A DNA stretch of 42,611 bases from Chloroflexota bacterium (lineage in GTDB: Bacteria; Chloroflexota; Limnocylindria; P2-11E): the NCBI GenBank assembly GCA_005883775.1, contig VBEU01000049.1, forward strand, positions 1 to 42,611, in the 5' to 3' direction. Both the position numbers and the translations under genes were made by a program. Below the pieces are notes generated by a model, which saw only the letters and a list, made by a program, of their open reading frames with translations, ran no database searches and was not told the origin of the DNA. Below are positions 8,518-16,566 of the stretch, one piece after another (the first letter of the stretch is position 1; each line of letters starts with the position of its first letter).

Positions 8518-9792
8518 GTGTTCATCGATCGCGCGCGCCTGGTGGTTCGGGGAGGCGACGGCGGCCGAGGCGTCATCTCATTCAGACGGGAGGCGCACGT
8601 TCCGCGGGGCGGCCCCGACGGCGGTGACGGCGGCAAAGGTGGGGACGTCATCTTGCGCGTCGACGCACAGCTCGGGACGCTGACCGACTTTCGCTTCACC
8701 AAGCAGATCGATGCGGACGCCGGCCGGCCCGGGAGCGGCCGCAACAGCAGTGGACGGTCGGGCGCGGATCGGATCTTGAGCGTTCCGCCGGGAACGCTGG
8801 TGATCGATCGTGCGACAAAAGAGACCGTCGCCGATCTGACCGCGCCCGGCGAGGAGCTCGTCGTTGCGCGCGGCGGGTCAGGCGGAAAAGGCAACGCCCG
8901 TTTTGCGACGAGCACGCGGCGCGCGCCGCGCATCGCCGAAGACGGAGGCAAGGGCGAGCAGAGGGAGATTGACCTCGAGCTCAAGCTCCTCGCCGACGTC
9001 GGCCTCGCCGGTCTGCCGAATGCGGGAAAGTCCACGCTCCTCGCGGCTCTCACCAGCGCTCGACCGAAGATCGCGGACTATCCGTTCACGACGCTCGTTC
9101 CGAATCTGGGCGTCGCGCGGCTCGACGATCGCGAGCTCGTCGTCGCCGACATCCCCGGGCTCATCGAGGGGGCGAGCCGCGGTCTCGGCCTCGGCGAGGA
9201 GTTCCTGCGGCATGTCGAGCGCACGCGGCTTCTCGTTCACGTGGTCGACGCATCGCGACCCGATCCGCTCCAGGACATCGCGACCATCGACGCCGAGCTC
9301 AAGAGCTACGGGCGCGGCCTGGCTCTGCGTCCGCAGCTCGTCGCGCTGAACAAGATCGATCTTCCCGAGGCGCGCGAGGCGGCGCCGCGCATCGCGCGCG
9401 CGCTCTCCGACCGCGGCATCGCGAGCCTCGCGATATCGGCCGCGGCGCATCAGGGCACCGACGACCTCCTTCGGCAGATCTTCGATCGGTGCCCGCCGCG
9501 GGAAGCGGCGAGCGCCGCGGCTCCGCGCGAGCGCCGCATCGCCTTCGCCGGCGGAGGTCGCGACTGGCAGGTCAAACGCGAAGGCGAGGCCTTCCGCATC
9601 GAGGGCGATCGCATGGAGCGCCTTGCCTCGGGCATCGACTGGGGATCACCCGATGCGGCCGCTTACTTCCAGCGCCAGCTGATCCGGACGGGGATCGAAC
9701 GCGAGCTCCGCGCGCTCGGGGCCAAGGAGGGCGACACCGTGCGGATCGGCGGGCTCGAGATGGAGTGGAGCGAAGGGGGGCAGGACGAGTGA
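8518..9792 (+). CDS. obg: GTPase Obg/CgtA
   Basis: GTG start. Gly-rich Obg fold (FIDRARLVVRGGDGGRGVISFRREAHVPRGGPDGGDGGKGGDV). G motifs GLPNAGKST, DIPGLIEGA and NKID. C-terminal OCT-like domain. Confidence 0.95.
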   Translation: MFIDRARLVVRGGDGGRGVISFRREAHVPRGGPDGGDGGKGGDVILRVDAQLGTLTDFRFTKQIDADAGRPGSGRNSSGRSGADRILSVPPGTLVIDRATKETVADLTAPGEELVVARGGSGGKGNARFATSTRRAPRIAEDGGKGEQREIDLELKLLADVGLAGLPNAGKSTLLAALTSARPKIADYPFTTLVPNLGVARLDDRELVVADIPGLIEGASRGLGLGEEFLRHVERTRLLVHVVDASRPDPLQDIATIDAELKSYGRGLALRPQLVALNKIDLPEAREAAPRIARALSDRGIASLAISAAAHQGTDDLLRQIFDRCPPREAASAAAPRERRIAFAGGGRDWQVKREGEAFRIEGDRMERLASGIDWGSPDAAAYFQRQLIRTGIERELRALGAKEGDTVRIGGLEMEWSEGGQDE

Positions 9793-10343
9793 GCAGCGTT
9801 GGCGTTTTCGGCGGCACGTTCGATCCGGTGCACGTCGGGCATCTCGCTATCGCGAACGCGGCGCTCGACGAGCTCGGACTCGCGCGCGTCTACTTCGTTC
9901 CGGCGCGCCGCTCTCCGTTGAAGCAGGATGGGCCGATCGCCGGTCCCGAGGATCGCCTCGCGATGCTGACCGCCGCGACCGCGGGCGAACCGCGCTTTCG
10001 CGTATCGGGCATCGAGCTGGATCGGAAGGGACCGTCCTTCACGGTCGACACGCTCGAAGCGCTGCGCGGAGAGGGCGAGCTTTTCCTGATCCTCGGCAGC
10101 GACGCATATGCCGATTTCGAAAGATGGCGCGAGCCCGCGCGGATCCGCAGCCTCGCCACCATCGTGCTCGCGGCACGGCCTGGCGCACCGAATGCACCCA
10201 GCGGCGTACGCATGCTGGACTCGCCGCTCATGGACATCAGCTCGCGTGAGCTGCGGGCGAGGGCCGCGCGCGGCAGGTCGCTGCGCTACCTTGTCCCGGA
10301 CGAAGTACTGCGCTACATCGAGGAGCACGGCCTGTACCGATGA
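9789..10343 (+). CDS. nadD: Nicotinate-nucleotide adenylyltransferase
   Basis: GTG at 9789 overlaps the obg stop (GTGA). N-terminus VGVFGGTFDPVHVGHL (the (H/T)xGH nucleotidyltransferase motif), plus SSRELR near the C-terminus. The ORF-track entry 9489-10343 is the same frame with a spurious 5' extension. Confidence 0.9.
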   Translation: MSSVGVFGGTFDPVHVGHLAIANAALDELGLARVYFVPARRSPLKQDGPIAGPEDRLAMLTAATAGEPRFRVSGIELDRKGPSFTVDTLEALRGEGELFLILGSDAYADFERWREPARIRSLATIVLAARPGAPNAPSGVRMLDSPLMDISSRELRARAARGRSLRYLVPDEVLRYIEEHGLYR

Positions 10344-10693
10344 CGGACATCTCGCCCAGAGCCATGGCGGACGTCGTGGTCGATGCCGCGGGCGATAAGA
10401 AGGCCGAGGACATCCTTGTCCTGAACGTGTCCGAGCTCACGACCATCGCCGACCTCTTTGTCATCTGCACCGGACGCGGTGAGCGTCAGGTGCAGGCGAT
10501 CGCGGACGCCGTCCGGGAAAAAGCGATCGAGGCGGGCCGCAAACCGATCGGCGTCGAAGGCTACAGCTCGGGTCGCTGGGTCCTGATCGACCTCGGTGAC
10601 GTCGTGGTGCACGCGTTCGTTCCTGAAGAGCGGCAGCTGTATCGCCTCGAGCGCCTGTGGGGAGATGCTCCGGTCGTCCTGCGGATCGCGTAG
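10340..10693 (+). CDS. rsfS: Ribosome silencing factor RsfS (iojap family)
   Basis: 117 aa with KKAEDILVLNVSELTTIADLFVICTG...RWVLIDLGDVVVHAF. The conserved nadD-rsfS synteny and the ATGA overlap with nadD support the call. Confidence 0.9.
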   Translation: MTDISPRAMADVVVDAAGDKKAEDILVLNVSELTTIADLFVICTGRGERQVQAIADAVREKAIEAGRKPIGVEGYSSGRWVLIDLGDVVVHAFVPEERQLYRLERLWGDAPVVLRIA

Positions 10694-10761
10694 CGAGCCC
10701 GCGTTCGTCGGGTAGTAGCGACCGGCGGCGCGACCGCGTATCGTTTTTGTTCACCGCTCGC

Positions 10762-10834
10762 GGGGCTGTAGCTCAGCTGGGAGAGCGCATGAATCGCACT
10801 CATGAGGTCAGGGGTTCGATCCCCCTCAGCTCCA
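10762..10834 (+). tRNA. tRNA-Ala (anticodon CGC)
   Basis: Hand-folded cloverleaf: acceptor GGGGCUG/CAGCUCC with G3:U70, D arm GCUC-AGCUGGGA-GAGC, anticodon arm CAUGA-AUCGCAC-UCAUG, T arm AGGGG-UUCGAUC-CCCCU, and discriminator A. CCA is not fully encoded. Confidence 0.9.
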
Positions 10835-10835
10835 C
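10799..10835 (+). repeat. Direct repeat copy 1 (3' half of tRNA-Ala(CGC)), candidate att site
   Basis: ctcatgaggtcaggggttcgatccccctcaGctccac matches 12796-12832 at 36/37 positions. Confidence 0.85.
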
Positions 10836-10913
10836 CGAACTCGCCTAAAGCCGCACGATTCAGGCGGTCGCCGGCGGCGGGCAAAATGAACGCGCTGGGT
10901 TGCGGTTGGCTCC

Positions 10914-11279
10914 CTATGGCGAGACGACAAGCCGCCCGATCGCGACGAAGACAAGGGCTGCGAGGAGAAGGAGATTTGCGCTCGCGTTTCGGGGCTCGTG
11001 ACGTGACCTGTGGAAAAGGAATGCCAGCAATTGGATGAGCCCAAGGCCGAAGGCGGCGAGCGGGGTGAGCTGCAACGCGACGTGGACAAGCCCAGGCAGT
11101 ACGAGACCGATCGCACCTAGGATCTCCGCCGCGCTGATGAAGAGCAACAGCGAGCGAGGCACCGCCGCGACCCATGCCATCCGCTTCTTCGCGAAGTCGT
11201 AACTGACGGCGCGCGTGACGGCGGCGGGAACGAGAATCAGGACGAGCGACGCCTGCAGGGCCCAGAGAACAGGGTTCAA
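10914..11279 (-). CDS. DoxX-like small membrane protein
   Basis: 121 aa with four predicted TM segments and a DoxX-like pattern (LLLFISAAEILGAIGLVLPG...LIQLLAFLFH). Confidence 0.7.
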   Translation of the reverse strand: MNPVLWALQASLVLILVPAAVTRAVSYDFAKKRMAWVAAVPRSLLLFISAAEILGAIGLVLPGLVHVALQLTPLAAFGLGLIQLLAFLFHRSRHEPRNASANLLLLAALVFVAIGRLVVSP

Positions 11280-11480
11280 GCCTCCGACCAGCCCAGACCC
11301 CGGAAGTCAAGCGCGACGGAGCTTCCGCGCAAATCAAGGATGAAGTCGCGGAAGATGAACGACCACTGTCCCACCGGTTGCTCCTCGCCTGACGTTTCTC
11401 GAGGAGAGACTGTCCTCATCGGCTCGCGGTGGCTTCCTGGAGACCATGTAGGCCGAGATCACGGAAAGCCTTCAGCCGAG

Positions 11481-12533
11481 CTAGGCGATCCCCTGTCGAA
11501 GAGCAAAGGCGGTGGCATCGGCCCGCCCGCGAGCGTCGATCTTCCGATAAAGATTCGCGACGTGACGTTCCACCGTGTTGACGGACAACGTGAGGCGATG
11601 GGCGATCTCGGCATTCGTCTCGCCTTGCGCGATGAGGCGGAGGACATCAAGCTCACGCGTGGTGAGTCCATGCGCGTTCCGCGTCGGTGGCGCCGGCGAC
11701 CTTTTGGGCCCACCGTCCGGACGGCCTTCGATAACGAAGCCGGTGATCGCGCGGACGACCTCGTCGGTGTTCTCGAAGAACAAGGCCGGCGAGCTTCCGG
11801 CAAGCAGGCGGAGATGACCATTCGGCAGCGCCGCGGCGAGCTCCTCCGAGACCGCTCGCGGGATCTGCTCGATGTCGGCGCGGTGAAGGACGAGCGTCGG
11901 CGCCATCACCGCGGCCAGATCGCCTGAGACGTCGATCGCGCTCGCCGCCTGGAACGTCGCGCGAGCCACCGCGGGCGTCGTGGCGTTCCGGAACGAATCT
12001 GCGGCGAGACGGCCAGCCTCGCCGACCGACCAGCCCATCCAGGCGTGGGCCGCGGAGTCGACGAAGACGCTCCAGTCGCGTTCGATGAGGCTCAGCAATG
12101 CCTGTGTCTCGGGAGCGCTCATCGCGAGCCACCCACGAGACGACCCGCCGAACAACACGAGGCAACTGACTCGCTCGGGATGGAGCGCTGCGTACGCGAT
12201 GGCGTGGGTGCACGAGTTGTAAAAGCCGAGGAGTGCGAAGCGCTCGATGCCTGCCTGGCCGACGACGGCATCGAGATCGCGCAGCATCGCCTCGAGCGAC
12301 AGGTCAGAGACGTCGCGTTGTGAGTGTCCGGTCCCTCGGCCGTCGTATTGGACGATCTGGAGCCGCACCGCAAGGCGCTCATAGACACCACGGAGGATCG
12401 GGATCCGCCACTCTTCGAGGAAGTTGCTGAACGGCACGCCGGGCAGGAGGACGAGCGTGGGTCCCGCGCCGACGACCGTGTACGCGATAGTCACAGCGTC
12501 GGTCGTCCGCGCGTAGAAAACATGCGGTTCCAT
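11481..12533 (-). CDS. Alpha/beta-hydrolase-fold domain fused to a LuxR-type HTH transcriptional regulator
   Basis: N-terminal ~270 aa is alpha/beta-hydrolase-like (TLVLLPGVPFSN..., HPERVSCLVLFGG). The C-terminus is a LuxR/GerE HTH (LTTRELDVLRLIAQGETNAEIAHRLTLSVNTVERHVANLYRKI). Confidence 0.85.
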   Translation of the reverse strand: MEPHVFYARTTDAVTIAYTVVGAGPTLVLLPGVPFSNFLEEWRIPILRGVYERLAVRLQIVQYDGRGTGHSQRDVSDLSLEAMLRDLDAVVGQAGIERFALLGFYNSCTHAIAYAALHPERVSCLVLFGGSSRGWLAMSAPETQALLSLIERDWSVFVDSAAHAWMGWSVGEAGRLAADSFRNATTPAVARATFQAASAIDVSGDLAAVMAPTLVLHRADIEQIPRAVSEELAAALPNGHLRLLAGSSPALFFENTDEVVRAITGFVIEGRPDGGPKRSPAPPTRNAHGLTTRELDVLRLIAQGETNAEIAHRLTLSVNTVERHVANLYRKIDARGRADATAFALRQGIA

Positions 12534-12795
12534 GCGACTTCCCTGCGACCGATCGTATCCCTAGAAATGGGCGCCGGAACGCCCGAACCGCGAGTTTCTG
12601 AGCGGACGGGCAGCCTCGAACTGCAGCCCGGCGGCTTGCGAAACCGATGGTCCGCGTTGACCCCGGATCGCGTTCTGGCCGTTTCGACGACGAGCTCGCA
12701 TGACTCGCGAGTCTGAGGAGCAGAGCACCCACCTCTGTCTCATTCCACTGGTGTTTCCTGCGTGGCCCCGTCAGAATTCAGTCTTGTGAGTCCTG

Positions 12796-12832
12796 CTCAT
12801 GAGGTCAGGGGTTCGATCCCCCTCAGGTCCAC
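12796..12832 (+). repeat. Direct repeat copy 2: orphan 3' half of tRNA-Ala
   Basis: ctcatgaggtcaggggttcgatccccctcaGgtccac. No matching 5' acceptor strand (GGACCTG) or D arm lies upstream, so this is not a complete tRNA. Confidence 0.85.
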
Positions 12833-12884
12833 AAAATCTGGGATTGCGCCGGTGGGAGCTTGCTCGCACCGGCGGCCGACGTAG

Positions 12885-13007
12885 ATGGACCGCTTCACGC
12901 AGAACGATCCCGAGCGTCAGGCGAACATCGCCTTCATCCTGATCTTTCTTGGCATCGTCGCGGTTGGCGCTCTGACCATCTGGCTCTTCTACGGTGCGTC
13001 CTTCTAG
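12885..13007 (+). CDS. Possible 40-aa single-TM small protein
   Basis: Manual translation: MDRFTQNDPERQANIAFILIFLGIVAVGALTIWLFYGASF. It is below the ORF-track size cutoff. I recognise no homology and there is no clear RBS. Confidence 0.2.
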   Translation: MDRFTQNDPERQANIAFILIFLGIVAVGALTIWLFYGASF

Positions 13008-13205
13008 GCGCTGCACTCAAGAGAGCCCCCGCTCGTTCCGCGCACGACCCAAGATCGCGCTTCCGGAAGCAATAACCGACTGCTGACGCCTGTTCGCTAG
13101 CACGATCTGCGAACGATTCCGTACGAAGCGCTGACAAGCGCACGACGACTCCGTTATCAAGGTCGTCATCACGCAGTTGCACAACCGTTACTCAAGGGAG
13201 TCCCG

Positions 13206-13967
13206 ATGCCTCGCCGTGCGCTGACCCTCTTGCTCGCTGTTTGGGCGCTCGGACTCTCGTTCTCCTCCGCCTCTTCAGCCGCAACGCGCATAGACCGCGG
13301 CGCTCTGAGTCTCAGCACTCAAAGCGATCTCATCGCGCTGGTGAATGCGTATCGCGTCAATAACGGTCTGCAAGTCGTGTACGCCAGCGGCGCGCTGACC
13401 GCCGCCGCCGCGTGGATGGCCGGCGATATGGCGGCAAAGAACTACATCGCCCACGTCTCCACGGATGGACGATCGCCGACGCAGCGCATGTCGGCATTCG
13501 GCTATCCCGCCACGTCGATGTACACGGGTGAGGACCTCGGCGCGGGGTACGCGACCGCCGGAGCCGTGCTTGCGGGATGGCAGACGAGCGCCGCGCACAA
13601 CGCGGTCCTCCTGAATCCGAACTACAACGCCGTCGGCATCGGTCTCGTGTACAACGCGAGCTCCACGTACAAGTGGTACTGGGCCGCCGACTTTGGCGGA
13701 CCGGGTGGGACCGTGAAGGTCGCCGTTCCACCGCCGCCGCCACCGCTGCCGGCACGGGCGTCCGTCGCGCAGGCGGCTCCGACCAGAGCGGAACCGGTCG
13801 CCGAACGCGCAGCCCCCGCGCCCCGCGGCGAAGCCGCGCAGCCCGCTCAAGAAACGACCGATCCCGAAGCCGAAGCGCACGCTGCCCGGGTCGCGTTCCT
13901 GGATGCGATCGGCGAGCGCCGGATCATGCATCTCTTTGCGGTGCTCCAGCGCATGGGCGCCATCTAG
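13206..13967 (+). CDS. Secreted CAP/SCP (YkwD-like) domain protein with a Pro/Ala-rich C-terminal region
   Basis: Signal peptide MPRRALTLLLAVWALGLSFSSASSAA. CAP-domain pattern (LVNAYRVNNGL..., IAHVSTDGRSPTQR, GWQTSAAHNAVLLNPNYNAVGIG). GGGAG RBS before the ATG. Confidence 0.8.
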   Translation: MPRRALTLLLAVWALGLSFSSASSAATRIDRGALSLSTQSDLIALVNAYRVNNGLQVVYASGALTAAAAWMAGDMAAKNYIAHVSTDGRSPTQRMSAFGYPATSMYTGEDLGAGYATAGAVLAGWQTSAAHNAVLLNPNYNAVGIGLVYNASSTYKWYWAADFGGPGGTVKVAVPPPPPPLPARASVAQAAPTRAEPVAERAAPAPRGEAAQPAQETTDPEAEAHAARVAFLDAIGERRIMHLFAVLQRMGAI

Positions 13968-14005
13968 CCGCCTACCATCCTCCTGACAAGGGGGAGTCAA
14001 CGACC

Positions 14006-15445
14006 ATGGCGACGCCCACACTCCAGAATTACATCGACGGCCGCTGGCTCGACGCCTCGGGCGGTGAGACGTTCGAGAACACGAACCCCGCGACCGGAGA
14101 GCTCATCGCCAACGTGGCGAAATCGACGGTAACCGACGTCGACCGGGCGGTGGATGCCGCGCGGCGCGCTCTCGACGGTTGGCGGCTCTACCCCGCCCCG
14201 AAACGTGGCGAGATCCTCTATCGAGCGGGCGAGATCATGCTGACGCGGAAGGACGACCTCGCTCGGGAGATGACTCGCGAGATGGGCAAGGTCCTCGCCG
14301 AAGCCCGCGGCGATGTCCAAGAGGGCATCGATATGACTTACTACATCGCGGGCGAGGGGCGCCGCCAGTTCGGCGATGTCGTTCCCGCGGAGCTCCCGAA
14401 CAAATGGGCGATGAGCATGCGGCATCCGGTGGGGGTGGTTGCCGCGATCACCCCGTGGAATTTCCCGTTCGCGATTCCGACCTGGAAGCTGATGCCCGCC
14501 CTCATCCTCGGCAACACCATCGTGTTCAAGCCGGCCTCGTACACACCCCTCCTTGCGGTGCGTCTCGTCGAGATACTGGAGGAAGCCGGGCTGCCGAAAG
14601 GCGTCATCAACCTGGTGCTCGGCTCCGGAGGAGAGCTTGGAGACCACCTCGTTTCGCACCCCGGTGTGGACCTCATCTCGTTCACCGGCTCGTCCGACAC
14701 CGGATCCCACATCAGCGAGATCGGTGGTCGGCTTTTGAAGCGCGTGTCGTGCGAGCTCGGCGGAAAGAACGCGTCCGGTCAGCGCTGCACCGCTGCGTCG
14801 CGCGTCATCGCGCACAAAAGCGTGGCCAAGGATCTCGTCGACAAGCTCGTCGGCCGCGCCAAGAAGCTGCGCCTCGGTAATGGGCTCGAGGCATCGACCG
14901 ACGTCGGGCCGGTCGTCTCGGCGTCGCAGCTCGAGCGCGTCCACTCCTTCATCCCGGTCGCCGAGAAAGAAGGGGCCACGATCGCGGCCGGCGGCCACGT
15001 CTCGACGGATGGGGCGCTCGCGAAGGGGTTCTTCCACGAGCCCACGGTCCTCGTCGACGTGAAGCCGAACATGCGCGTGGCACAGGAAGAGATCTTCGGC
15101 CCGGTCACGGCGGTCATCGAGGTCTCGAGCGTCGATGAGGCGATCAAGGCTGTGAACTCCACGAAGTACGGTCTTTCGAGCTCGATCTACACGCGGAACG
15201 TCAACAACGCATTCCGCTTCATGCGCGACGCCGAGACGGGAATCGTGTACGTCAACGCGGGCACGATCGGCGCCGAGATCCAGCTCCCGTTCGGCGGCAT
15301 GAAGGCGACCGGTAACGGTCATCGGGAGGCGGGCCGCGCGGCGCTGGACGTCTACTCGGAGTGGAAGTCGATCTACGTCGACTACTCGGGGAAGCTCCAA
15401 CGGGCGCAGATCGACACATCTGAGGGCACGAAGATCGCGCCTTAG
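14006..15445 (+). CDS. Aldehyde dehydrogenase family protein (apparent internal in-frame deletion)
   Basis: ATG at 14006 has an AAGGGGGAG RBS. MATPTLQNYIDGRWLD...NPATGE, ITPWNFP, FTGSSDTG, ELGGKN, GQRCTA and EEIFGPV are ALDH (PF00171) hallmarks. ORF-track entry 13577-15445 is the same frame with a spurious 5' extension. Confidence 0.9.
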   Translation: MATPTLQNYIDGRWLDASGGETFENTNPATGELIANVAKSTVTDVDRAVDAARRALDGWRLYPAPKRGEILYRAGEIMLTRKDDLAREMTREMGKVLAEARGDVQEGIDMTYYIAGEGRRQFGDVVPAELPNKWAMSMRHPVGVVAAITPWNFPFAIPTWKLMPALILGNTIVFKPASYTPLLAVRLVEILEEAGLPKGVINLVLGSGGELGDHLVSHPGVDLISFTGSSDTGSHISEIGGRLLKRVSCELGGKNASGQRCTAASRVIAHKSVAKDLVDKLVGRAKKLRLGNGLEASTDVGPVVSASQLERVHSFIPVAEKEGATIAAGGHVSTDGALAKGFFHEPTVLVDVKPNMRVAQEEIFGPVTAVIEVSSVDEAIKAVNSTKYGLSSSIYTRNVNNAFRFMRDAETGIVYVNAGTIGAEIQLPFGGMKATGNGHREAGRAALDVYSEWKSIYVDYSGKLQRAQIDTSEGTKIAP

Positions 15446-16566
15446 CCGCGCGGGTCCGATGGCGGCTCGGCGGGAAGCGTGAAGCGGATGTCGGTGCCTT
15501 TGCCGAGAACGCTTTTTGCTCCGATCGCACCGCCGTGGGCCTCGACAAGCTGTTTCGCGATTGCAAGGCCGAGTCCAGCGCCACGAGACTCGGGGGACTT
15601 GTAGAACCGGTCGAAGATCCGGTCGACCCGGTCCGGCGCGATGCCGGCGCCCGTGTCACGCACCTCGATCGCGACGGACGCGGCCTCCGCGCTCGCCTCG
15701 ACGCTCACGCGGCCGCCACGCGGTGTGTAGCGGATCGCGTTCGCGATCAAGTTCGCGAGGATCTCGCGCGCGCGTACCGGATCGGCATCGACCTGGGATA
15801 GACCGCTCGGCACCGCTGCATCGATCAACACGCCCGCCGGCTCGGCCTGTGAGGCGAATGAGTCGACGGTCTCGCGCACGAGCACGCCGACGTCGACGGG
15901 TTCGCGGTGGAGCGCGAGCGCGCCGGACTCCGCCAGCGAAAGCGTGCGGAGATCCTCCACGAGTCGCGAAAGGATCTTCGTCTCGTCCAGGATCGCTTCC
16001 AGATGAGCCTCGTCCGCCGGGTGCACACCGTCGACGAGCGCCTCCAGATTCCCCTGCACGACCGAGAGAGGCGTGCGCAGCTCGTGGCTCACGTCGGCAA
16101 GAAGCCGCCGGCGCTGCTCCTCTCCGGCCTCGAGCCGGCTCGTCATGGCGTTGAACGCGCGCGCGAGAGCGCGTGCTTCACGGGATCCTCGCTCGCGCAC
16201 TCGGGTCGAGAGGTCGCCGTCGGCGACGTGGCCCACCGCCTCGATCACGTCTCCGAGCGGAGCGGCGAGCCGACGAAGCGATCTCGCCGCCAGCAAGAAG
16301 CCGTACAACACCACGAGCAGCCCCACGCCGCGCGCGACATTGCCCACCGTGTCGGGCGATCCGAGCGCGGTGGCGAGCGTCCAGAAGAGGACCGTCGCCC
16401 CGACCACCGAGAAGACCGCGGCCGCGACGAAGAACATCGCCATGCGCCGCATGAAGCCTCCCCGCCCCCAGGCCGGCCCGGCCCAGCCACGTCGCGGCGG
16501 GAACGGCTCGTTCTCCGGCCACCACGGCGGCCGCCGACGCGAGGAGTCCCACCGTCCGCCGCTCAC
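15442..16566 (-). CDS. Two-component sensor histidine kinase (2 TM, HAMP, HisKA, HATPase_c)
   Basis: H-box ADVSHELRTPLS, N-box LANAIRYT, G-boxes DTGAGI and GAGLGLAI. 4-nt overlap with the upstream response regulator gene. Confidence 0.9.
   Translation of the reverse strand: MSGGRWDSSRRRPPWWPENEPFPPRRGWAGPAWGRGGFMRRMAMFFVAAAVFSVVGATVLFWTLATALGSPDTVGNVARGVGLLVVLYGFLLAARSLRRLAAPLGDVIEAVGHVADGDLSTRVRERGSREARALARAFNAMTSRLEAGEEQRRRLLADVSHELRTPLSVVQGNLEALVDGVHPADEAHLEAILDETKILSRLVEDLRTLSLAESGALALHREPVDVGVLVRETVDSFASQAEPAGVLIDAAVPSGLSQVDADPVRAREILANLIANAIRYTPRGGRVSVEASAEAASVAIEVRDTGAGIAPDRVDRIFDRFYKSPESRGAGLGLAIAKQLVEAHGGAIGAKSVLGKGTDIRFTLPAEPPSDPRG

Larger units (their letters stand above)
10836..12832. 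mobile_element. Putative degraded tRNA-Ala-associated integrated islet (~2 kb, no integrase)
   Basis: Bounded by an intact tRNA-Ala and a 37-nt duplicate of its 3' half. Cargo is a DoxX-like membrane protein and an alpha/beta-hydrolase-LuxR regulator. No recombinase ORF is visible. Confidence 0.35.

Noticed and set aside
10561-11337. 258-aa minus-strand ORF spanning the tRNA-Ala gene. The related case is 12771-13016 (-), which spans the half-tRNA.
   Set aside because: These ORFs read straight through the tRNA sequence (peptide ...GDRTPDLMS...) and overlap rsfS and DoxX. They are artefacts.
12760-12832. A possible second complete tRNA gene ending at 12832.
   Set aside because: Only the 3' strand of the anticodon stem, the variable loop, the T arm and the 3' acceptor strand are present. 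The upstream sequence has no complementary 5' acceptor strand (GGACCTG) or D arm. I treat it as an att-type partial duplicate.
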